The notes: generated by a model not told the origin, from the letters alone. A stretch of DNA of 64,000 nt from Rubripirellula sp. (GCA_965216875.1 OZ244207.1:4384001-4448000); one strand, 5' to 3'; shown: positions 1 through 11,439, numbered from the stretch's first letter. Made by a program: numbers and translations.

Positions 1-1
1 C

Positions 2-610
2 GTCATGTTGCGTGAGTCGCTTGCTCACGTTCAAAGCCCTAGCAACAACCCGCTTCCCAAAACTCTTCGCCCCTCGCGCACTGGGCAAAAACAGGCGGTC
101 GTTCTGGCATGCATTTCGATTGCGATTGCAAGCTTGATCGGAGCCTACCAATGGGGCCTGACCTCTAATCGTGCGGAATCGAACCACCGGAGCAACGCCT
201 CCACAAGTGGCAACACGGGCGATCAGGTCGCTGGCTTGGTCGATCCCAATGCCGATCACCCCACTCCGCAACCGCCAACGACACAACCTCCCGTCCAGAC
301 ATCGCCCCTCCAGCCAAACGAACACGCGGCAGTTGACGCCCCAAGCCCTTCGGCCGGCGTTGCCCAACCGACGGCAATCCTGCCAATCCTTCCACCGGCT
401 TCACCTGATTGGCTTGCCGGTGACATTGACGGCGAACTCGCCCAAATCAATCAGTCCCTTTACGCGCTCGAACTCACGTTCGAGACGCTGCGGCCTGTCG
501 AAGCGCCATTGGCTCAAGACAACCCTGAACCCTTGGCTCCCACCAGTACCGAGTCTGAGAATCCAATCGCCCCTTTTTCCAGCGAGAACGATAATGCACC
601 AACGAAATAA
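2..610 (+). CDS. C-terminal part of a membrane-anchored protein, probably a Ser/Thr protein kinase (5'-truncated by the window)
   Basis: Frame is open from the window start. 'LRESLAHVQSP..PLP' resembles the end of planctomycete kinase domains; a TM helix (VVLACISIAIASLIGAYQW) and a Pro-rich tail follow. Confidence 0.5.
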   Translation, partial: VMLRESLAHVQSPSNNPLPKTLRPSRTGQKQAVVLACISIAIASLIGAYQWGLTSNRAESNHRSNASTSGNTGDQVAGLVDPNADHPTPQPPTTQPPVQTSPLQPNEHAAVDAPSPSAGVAQPTAILPILPPASPDWLAGDIDGELAQINQSLYALELTFETLRPVEAPLAQDNPEPLAPTSTESENPIAPFSSENDNAPTK

Positions 611-2531
611 CCGAGCGTCCAAACGAAGGATTGCGAGAGCCCTTCCCGTTGTGATCGGCACGATCTGCGCCATCGTTGTCTTGCCGATGGTGGTGATGTG
701 GGTTGTGCTTGGAGCCTTTGAAAACGCCTTTGCGCAACAAGCGAAAGACCGTGCCGACCAGCAACGCGAGGCCGTCCTGAACAAACGAGCAGAGCCAGTG
801 CCAATGGTGGCCAACGAGCCGGTTCGTTCAAGCCTCGCCCAAACGGCACCGGCAACACAACCCGCTCCGGCAACCCGTCGGGCCCCCGGAACACGACCGG
901 TTCCGCCAACCCGACCTGATCTCGCATCGCTTTCAGGTCTGCCAACGCTACCGGGCCTGCCACCACAATCGGGCCTACCACCACAATCGGGGCCGCCAGC
1001 ATTGACACCCGGAATCGCCAGCTCGCCGGTACGGGTGGGCGTCCAACCTTCGCCGTCAACGCCACCCATGCCGCCAACGTTTACCGCGAAGCCGACTCCA
1101 CTTGGCTATCGCCCCATCGTCGAGAACAGTTTTCGTGAGGAACGTCAAACCGTTCAAGTTCCTGTTTTCGATGCGAAGACTGGCAAGACAACCATGAAAA
1201 CGGAGCAGCGCACTCGCCTTGTTCCCGTGCAAACCACGCGATACGTCTACGCTGCTGGACACAACCTCGATGTGATGAAACTTGTGCGAGAGCTCGGCAA
1301 AACCGAGAAGGAGTCGAAGGCATACAGCGAAAAGGTCGACGAACTGCGAGAACTACTCAACAAGGAATTCGATCGTAACCACGCCCAGCAAGGTAAAGAG
1401 ATTGAGCGAACGGCCAAGCGGCTCGAAAAGCTCAAAGACACCTACGCCACTCGAACAAGCAAGAAGAGCGAGATCGTTCAACGTCGTATCAATGAACTGA
1501 CTGGCAATCCCGATGTGCTAAGGTGGCGCACCGAGTCAACCTACACTCAGCCGGTCCCGGGGCCCTATCAACCGACGCCTCAATACGCACCTAGCGTTAA
1601 CTCCGGCACTTACTCGGCGCCTCCGCGGGCAACCACGATCTACCCGACGAACCCTCCTCAGATCGTCCAGCCTCCCAAACCGGCTCAGCCGCAACCTCAA
1701 TTCGCTCCCGACAACAAACCTTCGCGTCGTTCGTCTGGATTCTCAAAGGATCACCGAGCCCCATCGCTTCGAGCCGAACCCAAAACTGCTCCACGCAACA
1801 AGAGCAATGCCCCCGAATCACGTGCTCTGTCTGGCCCGTTGGGCGAGCAGTTGCCCTCCGGTTTCTCGAACCCATCGCCACGGCAAAATGTCGCGATCAC
1901 GACAAGCGTTCGCAGCGAGGTCTTCCAACTTGCTCGTCAACTCGCTCAAGCAAAGTTGAACGCGTTGTCGGCTCGCAACAAGCTTGATCAGATGACCAGA
2001 TTGCGTGACATGAGGGCTGTCTCTCAGCATGAGTATCAAAACACGGAGCTCGAACTCGAACGTGCACAACAAACGCTTGCCTTCGCGGAAGTGGAGTGGG
2101 AAGCGCTCTCGAAGAAACTCGAACGCGACCTACGCTTCGCCGAGTCGCAATTAAGCGTCGCCGAGAAGCGGCAAGCCAACATTCAACAGACGTTCAAGAA
2201 CGGTTTGACCTCAAGTGCCGAGATGCTTGAAGTGGAAGCGAGATTTCTCGAAGCACGTAAAGCGCGCGAGGACGCCGCCGCCCAGTCTCAACAATTCCAA
2301 AATGCCCTGAAGATGATCAAGGCCACCAAGCCCGAGGTTGTGGAAGCCAAGGATGACGTCGCGTCAGACGAGTCAGAAGCGGGCGACGCAGAGGAAGCGT
2401 TGGAAGCCGACGACAAGTTGGATGCCGACGAAACATCGGATGCAACGGAAGATACGCTGGACTCGACGGAAGCCACGTTGGAGGTGGACGAATCCAACTC
2501 GGGAAATCTGCTTAACTTTGATTCGCCGTAG
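594..2531 (+). CDS. Hypothetical Pro-rich, coiled-coil membrane-anchored/secreted protein with acidic tail
   Basis: ATG at 594 overlaps the upstream gene end. Basic N-terminus plus hydrophobic segment (AFA|QQ), Pro-rich linkers, two coiled-coil blocks and a D/E-rich tail. Confidence 0.75.
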   Translation: MHQRNNRASKRRIARALPVVIGTICAIVVLPMVVMWVVLGAFENAFAQQAKDRADQQREAVLNKRAEPVPMVANEPVRSSLAQTAPATQPAPATRRAPGTRPVPPTRPDLASLSGLPTLPGLPPQSGLPPQSGPPALTPGIASSPVRVGVQPSPSTPPMPPTFTAKPTPLGYRPIVENSFREERQTVQVPVFDAKTGKTTMKTEQRTRLVPVQTTRYVYAAGHNLDVMKLVRELGKTEKESKAYSEKVDELRELLNKEFDRNHAQQGKEIERTAKRLEKLKDTYATRTSKKSEIVQRRINELTGNPDVLRWRTESTYTQPVPGPYQPTPQYAPSVNSGTYSAPPRATTIYPTNPPQIVQPPKPAQPQPQFAPDNKPSRRSSGFSKDHRAPSLRAEPKTAPRNKSNAPESRALSGPLGEQLPSGFSNPSPRQNVAITTSVRSEVFQLARQLAQAKLNALSARNKLDQMTRLRDMRAVSQHEYQNTELELERAQQTLAFAEVEWEALSKKLERDLRFAESQLSVAEKRQANIQQTFKNGLTSSAEMLEVEARFLEARKAREDAAAQSQQFQNALKMIKATKPEVVEAKDDVASDESEAGDAEEALEADDKLDADETSDATEDTLDSTEATLEVDESNSGNLLNFDSP

Positions 2532-2550
2532 GAGCGTAAGGCCTTTCTCG

Positions 2551-3200
2551 ATGAGCCGCCGGCCGTGAGGTTTCGGCCCCTAGCTCCCTGGGTTCAATCG
2601 AGTTCACCAGGTTTCAGGGCCCGGCCGCTTACGCGATCGCGGCTCACGAGATCACGGCCCCATCCAATCCCAAAACCGCAATTCCATCGCTCGCGGTTTC
2701 CGTCACCACGCTCTGGCGAGCGTAGCTACGTCTAGTCGCATGCCCGGCCGCTCACGCGATCGCGGCTCACGGTTGGTGTGCATTTTGAATTCGCCGTAGC
2801 TGCCGTCCGCCGAGCGTCAGTGTGGTAAAGAGCAGAATACCACACGTCTCACTTTTTGACGGAGGTAGCTGCGGCGTTCTTTGAAGATGGCGCAAAGCGG
2901 CATTGGGTCGGCACCCACGGAGTCCCCATGAGCCGCCGGCCGTGAGGCCTCGGGCCCTTGCTCCCTGGTTTCAATCGAGTGCACCAGGTTTCAGGGCCCG
3001 GCCGCTTACGCGATCGCGGCTCACGAGAATCACAGCCCCACATCCAAAAACCGCATTTCGATCGCTCGCGGTTTCCTTCACCCCACGCTCTGGCGAGCGT
3101 AGCTACGTCTAGTCGCATGCCCGGCCGCTTACGCGATCGCGGCTTACGATCATCACAGCCACCCCAATTCAGAACCGCATCGCGATCGCTCGCGGTTTCG
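2551..3200. repeat. Duplicated ~220-bp composite REP/BIME-like element
   Basis: 2551-2770 and 2928-3147 are near-identical. Modules include cccggccgcttacgcgatcgcggctcac, ccacgctctggcgagcgtagctac and aaccgc..tcgctcgcggttt; a partial third copy runs to 3200. Confidence 0.9.
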
Positions 3201-3244
3201 AATCACCAAATACGGCAAAGAGCGTCGTCAAAGGCGAGCTCGGC

Positions 3245-4591
3245 TTAGAACTCGATGATTTCCATGTCGCGACGTTGTTCGGCGAGAATGTCGATCACAT
3301 CAAAGCCAACGCCGCTGTTGACGATATTGAGCATCTTGAGATCCTTCAACTTGGCGAACTCTTCAGCACTTTGGCCAATTTGAGTTCCTCCGATGTTGAG
3401 TGATTTGAGCTTGGTCATTTTCATGATGGTTGGCGTTGCTTCATCAGTGATGGATGTCGCCCCCTGAAGATTCAACTCGGTCACGCCCGTTAGATCGCCA
3501 AACGTATTGAACGCTTCGTCATCAATCTTGGTCTCCCAAAGGCTGAGGTACTCGAGCTTCTTCAGCCCGGCGATCAACTTCATTCCATCCGATGAAACCA
3601 ACCGACATTCCGCGATGTCGAGGAACTTGATTTCGGGCAGGGTTGCGATGACGGCCATCCCATCATCATCAAGCGACGAGTCGCGAAGCTCGATACGGTT
3701 GATCTTCTTGAGACCTTCGATATGGGCGATTCCTGCGCCGGTTACGTCGCAACCGCGAAGACGCAGCCGTTGCAAGTTGGTCAGTTTGGCAACCGAAGGC
3801 ATGCCCGCATCACTGACGTTGGTGTAATCCATTTGGATCGATGTCAGCGTCGTGACCGACTCAAGCGCCTTCAGCGATTCATCGCTCACAGTCGTGCAAT
3901 AGTTGACATTGATGGACTTCAACGGAAGCGATGCAAGTTGTTTGACGCCGGCATCGGTGATGTTGGCTTTTTCAAGTTGGATATCGGCCAGTCGTTTCAT
4001 ACCGGCAAGATGAACCATTCCTTCGTCACTGATCGCACTATTGCGAAGGTCAATCGCGCGCAGGTTGTCGAGCCCTTTCAGGTTCGCAAGTCCACCGTCG
4101 GTGATACTCGCACGGCGAAGGCGAAGGACTTGCAGCGACTTCACGTTGCCAAGCACTTCGAGGGTCTTGTCGCCAACGGCTGAATTAGAAAGGTCAACGT
4201 CACGAAGCTTGGTGAGGGTGCCCAAGACGTCGAGGCCTTCATCGTTCAATCCGGGACCAGAAAGGATTGCCTTTTGCAGATTTGGCAATCCGCCCAAGTG
4301 AACCAACGACTCGCTGATGTCGCCTTGAGCCGCCAGCGTGATCTCGGTCACGTAGCCATCGGAGTTCTTCACGAGGACTCCACCAATCTCTTCGAGTGCC
4401 GCAATTGCTTCTGGCGAATCCGGCTTTGGCGGTTCGGGCGCAGGCTTCGGATCCTCTCCCTTTGCGGTCGTGTCGGGACTCACATCGACCGCTGTTTTTT
4501 TCTCACAGCCCACCTGGGGGGCGATCAAAAACGCGGCAACCGCGAGGAGTGAAAGAAATCGGCGAAGGCGGGGGCGCAAAGGCGTAGGCAT
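3245..4591 (-). CDS. Leucine-rich-repeat lipoprotein
   Basis: Signal peptide with lipobox-like QVGC and multiple LxxLxLxxxxI(T/S)DxG repeats. Confidence 0.9.
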   Translation of the reverse strand: MPTPLRPRLRRFLSLLAVAAFLIAPQVGCEKKTAVDVSPDTTAKGEDPKPAPEPPKPDSPEAIAALEEIGGVLVKNSDGYVTEITLAAQGDISESLVHLGGLPNLQKAILSGPGLNDEGLDVLGTLTKLRDVDLSNSAVGDKTLEVLGNVKSLQVLRLRRASITDGGLANLKGLDNLRAIDLRNSAISDEGMVHLAGMKRLADIQLEKANITDAGVKQLASLPLKSINVNYCTTVSDESLKALESVTTLTSIQMDYTNVSDAGMPSVAKLTNLQRLRLRGCDVTGAGIAHIEGLKKINRIELRDSSLDDDGMAVIATLPEIKFLDIAECRLVSSDGMKLIAGLKKLEYLSLWETKIDDEAFNTFGDLTGVTELNLQGATSITDEATPTIMKMTKLKSLNIGGTQIGQSAEEFAKLKDLKMLNIVNSGVGFDVIDILAEQRRDMEIIEF

Positions 4592-4841
4592 GGTGGGAGA
4601 GTGCTCTGTTGGAATCGAAACCGAGAACGTTAGCCGTCAGCGTAGACCTTTGGGCAGAAACTGGCAACGAATCGCGGCATTTTTTGATCTCCGGCAACCG
4701 CGGTTTGAGGCAAAACAATGATTGTTTAGGCATATCTGTCCTGCTATTGTGTTGGGAGATTATTTCGCCACCCACCAGCTGTTGTGGACGCTCGCTCGTC
4801 CACCTGCTCCCGCCTTTTTCACTTCTTAGGAAAGTTTCTCA

Positions 4842-6248
4842 ATGACAAGAAAGACATCGCGTCGTCGTTTTCTAGGCCAATCGGCCGCCCTCGGTGCCGG
4901 AGTTGGCTTCTGGACGTCTTCGATGCCAGAAATCCGCGCCGCTTCGCCGCTGCAATCGCTTTCAGCAGCTTGCATCGGTATCGGCGGTAAAGGCGGAAGC
5001 GACACCAGCCACATCGCCGAGAATGGCGTTGATATTGTTGGGCTTTGCGACGTCGATGGCGGACGACTGACCAAGAAAGGACGCGAGTTCCCCGACGCCA
5101 AGCAATACACCGACTTCCGCGAAATGCTCGACCAACTGGGCGAGAAAGTGGACATCGTCACCGTCAGCACGCCCGACCACACGCATGCTGCGGCTGCGAT
5201 CAAGGCGATGCGGATGAAGAAGCACGTCTACTGCCAGAAGCCACTGACTTGGTCGATTCGCGAAGCACGCATGATGCGCGAAGTTGCCGAGGAAACCGGC
5301 GTGGTCACTCAAATGGGTAACCAAGGCACCGCAGAGAACGGTTTGCGAGAAGCGGTTGAAGTTATCCGCAGCGGCGCGATCGGTGATGTCAACGAAGTTC
5401 ACATTTGGTCGAACCGTCCCGTTTGGCCTCAAGGCATTGGTCGACCCGATGGCGAAGATCCTGTGCCAGACGGTTTGAACTGGGATGCTTGGATCGGTCC
5501 TGCACCAATGCGTCCATTCAAGAAGGGTGTTTACCACTCGTTCAACTGGCGCGGTTGGGTCGACTTTGGCACCGGCGCTCTGGGCGACATGGCATGCCAC
5601 ACAACCAACATGCCAGTGATGGCGTTGAAGCTTTGGGATCCCGTCGCTGTCACGGCAGTCAAGAACCCTGGCATCTTCGAAGGCGAAACCTTCCCAGGAA
5701 GCTCGTCGTTGATGTTCGAGTTTCCTGAGCGTGATGGTTTGCCACCCTGCAAGTTCTACTGGTACGACGGTGGCAATCTGCCAAACGACGAAATCCTTTC
5801 GCAATTGCCCGCTTCGTTCCAAAAACGAATCGCTCAGCAAAAGGCCAATCCAAACCGCAAGACCAGCGGCGCGGTCGTTGTCGGCAGCAAGGGCTTGCTC
5901 TTCTCGCCAGACGATTATGGTGCTCGCTACTACTTGCTGCCTGAAGACAAGTACAAAGATTTCGAAGCCCCAGAACAAACGCTGCCACGTATCCCGCACA
6001 AAGCGGGTGGTGACCAACGTCAGAAATGGGAATTCGTCAGCACGGTCAAAGGCGAATACGAGCCAGGCACGATGTCGAACTTCGGCTACGCTGGCCGCCT
6101 GACCGAGACCATTCTTGTCGGTAACTTGGCAATGCGTGCCGGCGAAGGTCAGCGTATCGAATGGAACGCTGAAAAACTGATGAGCCCCAACGTGTCGGAA
6201 ATCAATCAGTTCGTACAACGCGAATACCGCGACGGATGGGAAATCTAA
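4842..6248 (+). CDS. Tat-exported Gfo/Idh/MocA-family oxidoreductase
   Basis: SRRRFL Tat motif, GIGGKG, STPDHTH, YCQKP, GDMACH. Confidence 0.93.
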   Translation: MTRKTSRRRFLGQSAALGAGVGFWTSSMPEIRAASPLQSLSAACIGIGGKGGSDTSHIAENGVDIVGLCDVDGGRLTKKGREFPDAKQYTDFREMLDQLGEKVDIVTVSTPDHTHAAAAIKAMRMKKHVYCQKPLTWSIREARMMREVAEETGVVTQMGNQGTAENGLREAVEVIRSGAIGDVNEVHIWSNRPVWPQGIGRPDGEDPVPDGLNWDAWIGPAPMRPFKKGVYHSFNWRGWVDFGTGALGDMACHTTNMPVMALKLWDPVAVTAVKNPGIFEGETFPGSSSLMFEFPERDGLPPCKFYWYDGGNLPNDEILSQLPASFQKRIAQQKANPNRKTSGAVVVGSKGLLFSPDDYGARYYLLPEDKYKDFEAPEQTLPRIPHKAGGDQRQKWEFVSTVKGEYEPGTMSNFGYAGRLTETILVGNLAMRAGEGQRIEWNAEKLMSPNVSEINQFVQREYRDGWEI

Positions 6249-6275
6249 TCCCAATTGGGTCGCAGTGAGATCACG

Positions 6276-6308
6276 AAAACCGGGCGTCCATCGACGCCCG
6301 GTTTTTTT
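6276..6308 (+). terminator. Intrinsic terminator
   Basis: aaaaccgggcgtc-catc-gacgcccggttttttt immediately after the oxidoreductase stop. Confidence 0.85.
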
Positions 6309-6469
6309 GTTGCCATTCGACGTTACGTCGCTCGCCAGAGCGTGGATGTTTCGCACGGCTTGAAAGATGACCCGAACGCGCTGGCGTCGGGCCTTGTTTG
6401 TCGTGAATGGCTTCCAAGAGAAGACCACCTTCTGGCGAAGGTAGCTACTGGCGGGACTCCAAACCTCGT

Positions 6470-7798
6470 TCAGACTTTGTACTGGACGACGTGTGATGGA
6501 TTGAGTTCATCGAGGCTCCCGCAACCGAGTTGCCGCATCGTGTGCTCAAGCTCATCACGAATGATCGTCAGTGCCTTGGTGACTCCTGCTTCACCCGCGG
6601 CGCCGAGTCCGTAGGCGTAAGCTCGGCCCAACAACACCGCCTTGGCTCCGGTGGCCAAGGCGATCGCAACGTCTCCGCCCGATCGAATCCCGCCATCCAC
6701 GAGGACTTCGGTGTCGCGGTCCTTCATGTGCGGCACGATCTGACGCAACATTTCAAGCGTCGGCAGAACGCGGTCCAACTGTCGACCACCATGATTGGAA
6801 ATGATGATCGCTGCGGCACCAAGATCAGCAGCCTTGACCGCATCGTGAACCGTATGGACACCCTTGATGATGATCGGTCCGTCCCAGACTTCGCGGATCC
6901 AATCGATATCGGCCCAAGTGACCGCGGACTGTTGAAGCTGGTTACCAATGTCGGCGTAGGGCATCGGTTCGCCACCAGGAAGTTCGATGTTTGGAAAATC
7001 CATCAAACCGCCATCGTGGTAATAGCTGGTCAACCACGACAGATGCATGCTCATTTGCGGCGCGAACTTGAGCTTCTGAAAGATGCCGCCGTTGATCGCT
7101 TCGACCGAACCATTGCGTTTGTCGCGGTACCGCAATCCAGCGACCGGCGTGTCGATCGTTAACACGAGCGCTTTGTAGCCCGCCTTCTTTGCTCGCTCGA
7201 TTCCTTTGATCGAAACTTCCTTGCCGCCGACCAAGTAGAGTTGAAACCAACAATCCATCGGGGACGCTTCGTTGACCTCTTCAAGGCGCGTCCCGGTCAA
7301 CGTTGAAAGGGTGCAGACCGTCCCGGCCTCACCGACCGCTTTGGCAGCCACCGCTTCCCCACGCGGCCAGAGCGTACGCAGACTTCCAACAGGCCCCGCA
7401 ATCACAGGCATGCTGATTTTGGTGCCAGCCACGGTCGTCGACAGATCGATGCTTTCATGGCTAATGCCATAGTTGGGCGCAAACCGCGTCTGTTGGAACG
7501 CGGCCTCGTTGTCGCGCATCGTGCGTTCCTCGCTCGCCCCACCCAAAAAGTAATCGCCAACCACAGGAGGAATGCGTTTCTCGAACAAGTCTCGGAGGTC
7601 GTCGACAGTAAAACACTTGTCGAGGCGGGCGGGCCATCGGCGGACGGTCGAGCGGTGAAAGGGAGACAGGAGTGCTTGTAGAAAACCAGATTGTTTGGAC
7701 GTTGACATTGGTTGGGAAAAGAGCTGACCGCGCTGGACCGGGGTGAGGGCGGTTTGGTCGGTGGGTTGGTAACTGCGAGGAATCGACAAGCTGGGCAT
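6470..7798 (-). CDS. FMN-dependent alpha-hydroxy-acid dehydrogenase (LldD/mandelate dehydrogenase family)
   Basis: [20 protein letters not shown] and [10 protein letters not shown] motifs; alternative start ATG at 7708. Confidence 0.92.
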   Translation of the reverse strand: MPSLSIPRSYQPTDQTALTPVQRGQLFSQPMSTSKQSGFLQALLSPFHRSTVRRWPARLDKCFTVDDLRDLFEKRIPPVVGDYFLGGASEERTMRDNEAAFQQTRFAPNYGISHESIDLSTTVAGTKISMPVIAGPVGSLRTLWPRGEAVAAKAVGEAGTVCTLSTLTGTRLEEVNEASPMDCWFQLYLVGGKEVSIKGIERAKKAGYKALVLTIDTPVAGLRYRDKRNGSVEAINGGIFQKLKFAPQMSMHLSWLTSYYHDGGLMDFPNIELPGGEPMPYADIGNQLQQSAVTWADIDWIREVWDGPIIIKGVHTVHDAVKAADLGAAAIIISNHGGRQLDRVLPTLEMLRQIVPHMKDRDTEVLVDGGIRSGGDVAIALATGAKAVLLGRAYAYGLGAAGEAGVTKALTIIRDELEHTMRQLGCGSLDELNPSHVVQYKV

Positions 7799-8053
7799 GT
7801 CTGTTCGGTGGATGCCCCTAGACTACAGTGCCCCAATCGAAAGGACGACCGTCGTCTTGCCCGACTCGCCGCATTTTGCCCCGAGTTGATGCATTTTGTC
7901 GGCTGCCAGGTGCGGTGCGGTGGGCGGGCATCGAAAAGCAGACACGGGGCATTGAAAAACAGACATGACCATTCAGTCACCCAAGGATCGACGCTGGCAA
8001 CCCGGTACAATGGCGATCCCGCCAACTTCCCTCCGTTCCCAGGAGCTGCAGCT

Positions 8054-9406
8054 GTGAGCTCACAAAGCAAACCATCACGCCGCGACTTTCTCGTTGCCTC
8101 GTCACTTGCCACTGCCGCCACTGTGGTTGCGACACCGAAGGCGTCTGCCACTGCCGCCAATGACAAACTCAAAGTGGCCTTCATCGCATGCGGCGGTCGG
8201 GGTGGAAGCAATTTGCAACAGATGCACGGCACCGGAATGATCGACGTTGCCGCGATTTGTGACGTTGATGCTCGAGCACTTGCAAATGCGGGCAAACGTT
8301 TTCCCAAAGCCAAGCAATTCAAGGACTTTCGACGGCTTTACGATGCCATCGGCAAGGATGTCGATGCGGTGGTCGTGAGTACGCCCGAACATGTTCACGC
8401 CTATGCAACCATGCCGGCGCTGCAACTTGGCAAACACGTCTATTGTGAAAAGCCACTGGCATACAACATTGACGAAACACGACGCATCACCGAAGCGGCA
8501 GCCAAAGCGGGCGTGGTCACGCAAATGGGAACGCAAATCCACGCGGGCGACAATTACCACCGCGTTGTGGAATTGATCCAAAGCGGCGCCATTGGCGCGG
8601 TAAGCGAAGCGCATGTTTGGGTCGGCCGTGCATGGGGTTTGCAATCCGAATCGGAAGCCAAACGGTTCGATCGCCTGTTCGTGGATCGTCGTCCAACCAA
8701 ATCGGAAACGCCCCCCGAATATCTCGATTGGGATTTGTGGCTCGGTCCAGCACCCGAGCGTCCCTACCACAACGTCTACTTCCCAGGTCCCAATTGGTAC
8801 CGTTGGTGGGACTTTGGTAACGGAACGATGTCCGACTTGGGTAGCCATTGGAACGATCTACCCTATTGGGCTCTTGAACTTGATGCCCCGCGATCGGTCG
8901 AGGCGTTTGGACCGCCGGCGCATCCCGAGATTGCGCCCGCGTCGATGACGGCCGTTTACGACTTTGGGCCGCGCGGCAATTGGCCGGCAATTCAATTGAG
9001 CTGGTACCAGGGCACGCACAAGCCCGAACGATGGAAGCGTGGTGAGATCCCGCAGTGGGGCAGTGGAGTGCTGTTTGTCGGAACCAAGGGCATGTTGCTG
9101 TCGGACTACAACAAACACGTCTTGTTACCTGAAGACTCGTTTGCCGACTTTGAACCTCCGAAAAAGTTTGTCCCCGATTCGCCGGGGCATCACCGTGAGT
9201 TTCTTTTGGCGTGTCGCGGCGAGGGAAAGACGGCGAGCCCCTTTTCCTATGCAGGACCGCTGACCGAAACCAACCACCTCGGCAACGTCGCCTATCGGGT
9301 CGGCAAACGCATCACGTGGGACAGCAAGAAAATGGTTTGCATCGGATGCCCCGAAGCAGACCCGTATATCTCGAGGCAACCCAGAGAAGGTTGGTCGCTC
9401 GACTAG
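8054..9406 (+). CDS. Tat-exported Gfo/Idh/MocA-family oxidoreductase
   Basis: AGGAG at 8041 and GTG at 8054; SRRDFL, CGGRG, YCEKP, SDLGSH. Confidence 0.92.
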   Translation: MSSQSKPSRRDFLVASSLATAATVVATPKASATAANDKLKVAFIACGGRGGSNLQQMHGTGMIDVAAICDVDARALANAGKRFPKAKQFKDFRRLYDAIGKDVDAVVVSTPEHVHAYATMPALQLGKHVYCEKPLAYNIDETRRITEAAAKAGVVTQMGTQIHAGDNYHRVVELIQSGAIGAVSEAHVWVGRAWGLQSESEAKRFDRLFVDRRPTKSETPPEYLDWDLWLGPAPERPYHNVYFPGPNWYRWWDFGNGTMSDLGSHWNDLPYWALELDAPRSVEAFGPPAHPEIAPASMTAVYDFGPRGNWPAIQLSWYQGTHKPERWKRGEIPQWGSGVLFVGTKGMLLSDYNKHVLLPEDSFADFEPPKKFVPDSPGHHREFLLACRGEGKTASPFSYAGPLTETNHLGNVAYRVGKRITWDSKKMVCIGCPEADPYISRQPREGWSLD

Positions 9407-9642
9407 TGCCTCACCGCAAGCGGCCGGGCCCTTTCGAAAGATTTCAGATGAGCCACAGAGGGCGGTGAGGGCGCAGAGTAAGGAATGATCGATTCGTGCT
9501 CAGCAATGCGGTGCTCGTGCTCGCATTCGTCGCACGGTGATCTCTGTGGCTGGTAGAGGAACAGAACACCTGCCGGATCAGCGTCGCTGTCGCTCCTTGA
9601 TCCGGCCTACTAGCTATTTCATGTGCGGCGTGGTTGCCGTTT

Positions 9643-9698
9643 GTAGTCCCGCCTTTGGGCGGAAGGGCTTGAAGATTCCGGCTAAAGCTCGGTACTAC
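9643..9698. repeat. GTAG-type REP doublet (gtagtcccgcc..cggtactac family)
   Basis: Inverted pair; related copies at 18438-18489 and 19516-19535. Confidence 0.75.
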
Positions 9699-9713
9699 GA
9701 ACGGGCGGCTCGC

Positions 9714-11291
9714 CTATGACTCTTGGTAGTCGCTGAACTTCAAGATGGTTGGCTCGCTGCGACTCGATTCCTCGGACGCATCCGTGCCTCTTTCGGACTC
9801 GATCCAGGTTTTGATTTGATCGATCTCACTGCGACGTTGGTGAGGTGTTTGTCCGCCAGCTGCTCCGATCACCAAGACGGTATCGTTGCACCCCGCCTCG
9901 GCAATCGCCCACCGCACCGCTCGCTCGGGATCAGCAACCAATCGCAAGGCAGCACAATCTTGAACACCATCAAGCACGCAATGTGCAGCGGACAGGAATT
10001 TTAGTTTCGAATCGGGTGCCGCCGTGATGATCGCTTGATCGGCAAACCGTTCGATCAAGTCGCCGTAGCGAGCCAACTCCTCGGGAATCTCGGTGGCGTC
10101 AATCGACATCACACACCAAAGCTGGCCGCCACTCTTCATGCTTCGCCAAGTCCGAAGCGCTGTCGCTGCACGCTCAGGTGAACCACCTGCATCGATCACC
10201 ACCGACGCGTGGTCGAAATCAGTGACCGTTTGCCCACGACCTGGAATCTCGCGCAGTTGCCCAAGGTTCTCGACCACCTCGTGAAGTGGCTGGTCAATCA
10301 GCACACCAACCGCCGCCGCAGCACACAGGTTGGATGCCATCGCGGCGCCACATAGGCTCGATTCCATCATCGCGGTCGTCCCGCCATAGGACATCATCAG
10401 GGTGGTCATGCCGCCCGATTGATCAAAGATCTTTGCGGAAACATCGGCGGCTTGGCGCACACCGTAGCTGATCATTTTGATGCCGCTGTCTCGCACCACA
10501 CGCATGGTCTTGGCGTCATCGGCAGGTGCAATCACGACACCTGCGGGAGTCAATCGCTCGAGTGCACATTGCAATCCCGACTCGCCGAAGTCACTCCGAC
10601 GTGAAATCGAACTGCTAATGATCAATAGATCGAACTGAATGGAGTCGTAGCCGCCATGGCGAGCGGTGTCTTCGGACAACTCAATCAGCGCCGCCTGCGA
10701 TCCGGCCTCGTGCGAATCCGAAATCCAGTGGATCAATTGGTCGTGTGCCGGAAGCGACTCGCTTGGCGTTGACTGAACCACTCCATCACACTGACCGAGG
10801 TCGGTTTGGTAGGCCGTTCGAATCCCACTGCGACGAAGCAGTGACGAAACGATCAGGGCCGTCGACGTTTTTCCTGCCGAGCCGATCACCCCCACGGTCA
10901 ACAGCTTGCGATCAGGTCGATTGTTTTGGTTTGCAGCAATTTCGGCGAGCGCCAAATCAACATCACCAACGATGCATTGCGGCAAAGGACAGGGGAGCAC
11001 CTGTTCGGTCAGGACTCCGGCGGCACCGCGTGCAACCGCTTCGGCAACAACCTCGCTTGGGCAATCTTCACCAATGCGGTAGACGACCAATTCACCAGCA
11101 CTGGCTTGCTTCGGTGATGCGGCGACTCCCGTGAAGGTGACGTCATCACCGGCAAAGAATCGAGCATTGCTGAAAAGACTTTTCAGAGATACCGGGCCTG
11201 ACGCCTCAGTAATTTCATCACCTTCAATACCAACAACGTTGAAGGTGCGCGACGAATCGATCGCGTGACGCATGATGGCCTCCCTGCTCAT
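9714..11291 (-). CDS. Mur ligase-family protein (MurE-like, divergent)
   Basis: A(V)ARGAAGV N-domain, GVIGSAGKTST P-loop, STP, NLCAAAAVG, IPGR; DYAH and DNPR motifs are not recognisable. Confidence 0.85.
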   Translation of the reverse strand: MSREAIMRHAIDSSRTFNVVGIEGDEITEASGPVSLKSLFSNARFFAGDDVTFTGVAASPKQASAGELVVYRIGEDCPSEVVAEAVARGAAGVLTEQVLPCPLPQCIVGDVDLALAEIAANQNNRPDRKLLTVGVIGSAGKTSTALIVSSLLRRSGIRTAYQTDLGQCDGVVQSTPSESLPAHDQLIHWISDSHEAGSQAALIELSEDTARHGGYDSIQFDLLIISSSISRRSDFGESGLQCALERLTPAGVVIAPADDAKTMRVVRDSGIKMISYGVRQAADVSAKIFDQSGGMTTLMMSYGGTTAMMESSLCGAAMASNLCAAAAVGVLIDQPLHEVVENLGQLREIPGRGQTVTDFDHASVVIDAGGSPERAATALRTWRSMKSGGQLWCVMSIDATEIPEELARYGDLIERFADQAIITAAPDSKLKFLSAAHCVLDGVQDCAALRLVADPERAVRWAIAEAGCNDTVLVIGAAGGQTPHQRRSEIDQIKTWIESERGTDASEESSRSEPTILKFSDYQES

Positions 11292-11439
11292 CGCGACAAA
11301 ATGGGTTTCGCGGTGAATCCATCACCGCCAGCAAAGCGATCCTCCGCTTCACTGTTTCGATGATTGTTCCCATCACCAAACAATGGTCAATAGGAATTGG
11401 CCAACCGAATCAGCCACCCCGCTGCTAGCGGTGATTTGC

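Noticed and set aside
171..593. Long N-terminal extensions in the ORF track (also 7712-8053, 45284-45466, 54066-54221, 42015-42203)
   Set aside because: They overlap neighbouring genes or repeats; downstream starts match signal peptides or family N-termini.
2551..3200. Possible CRISPR array
   Set aside because: Spacers are homologous to each other and irregular, the repeats are REP palindromes found elsewhere, and there are no cas genes.
4962..6428. 488-aa antisense ORF (similar ones at 12769-13929, 43630-44874 and 56840-58123)
   Set aside because: Shadow frames opposite well-supported genes; expected from GC-rich codon bias; no recognisable motifs.
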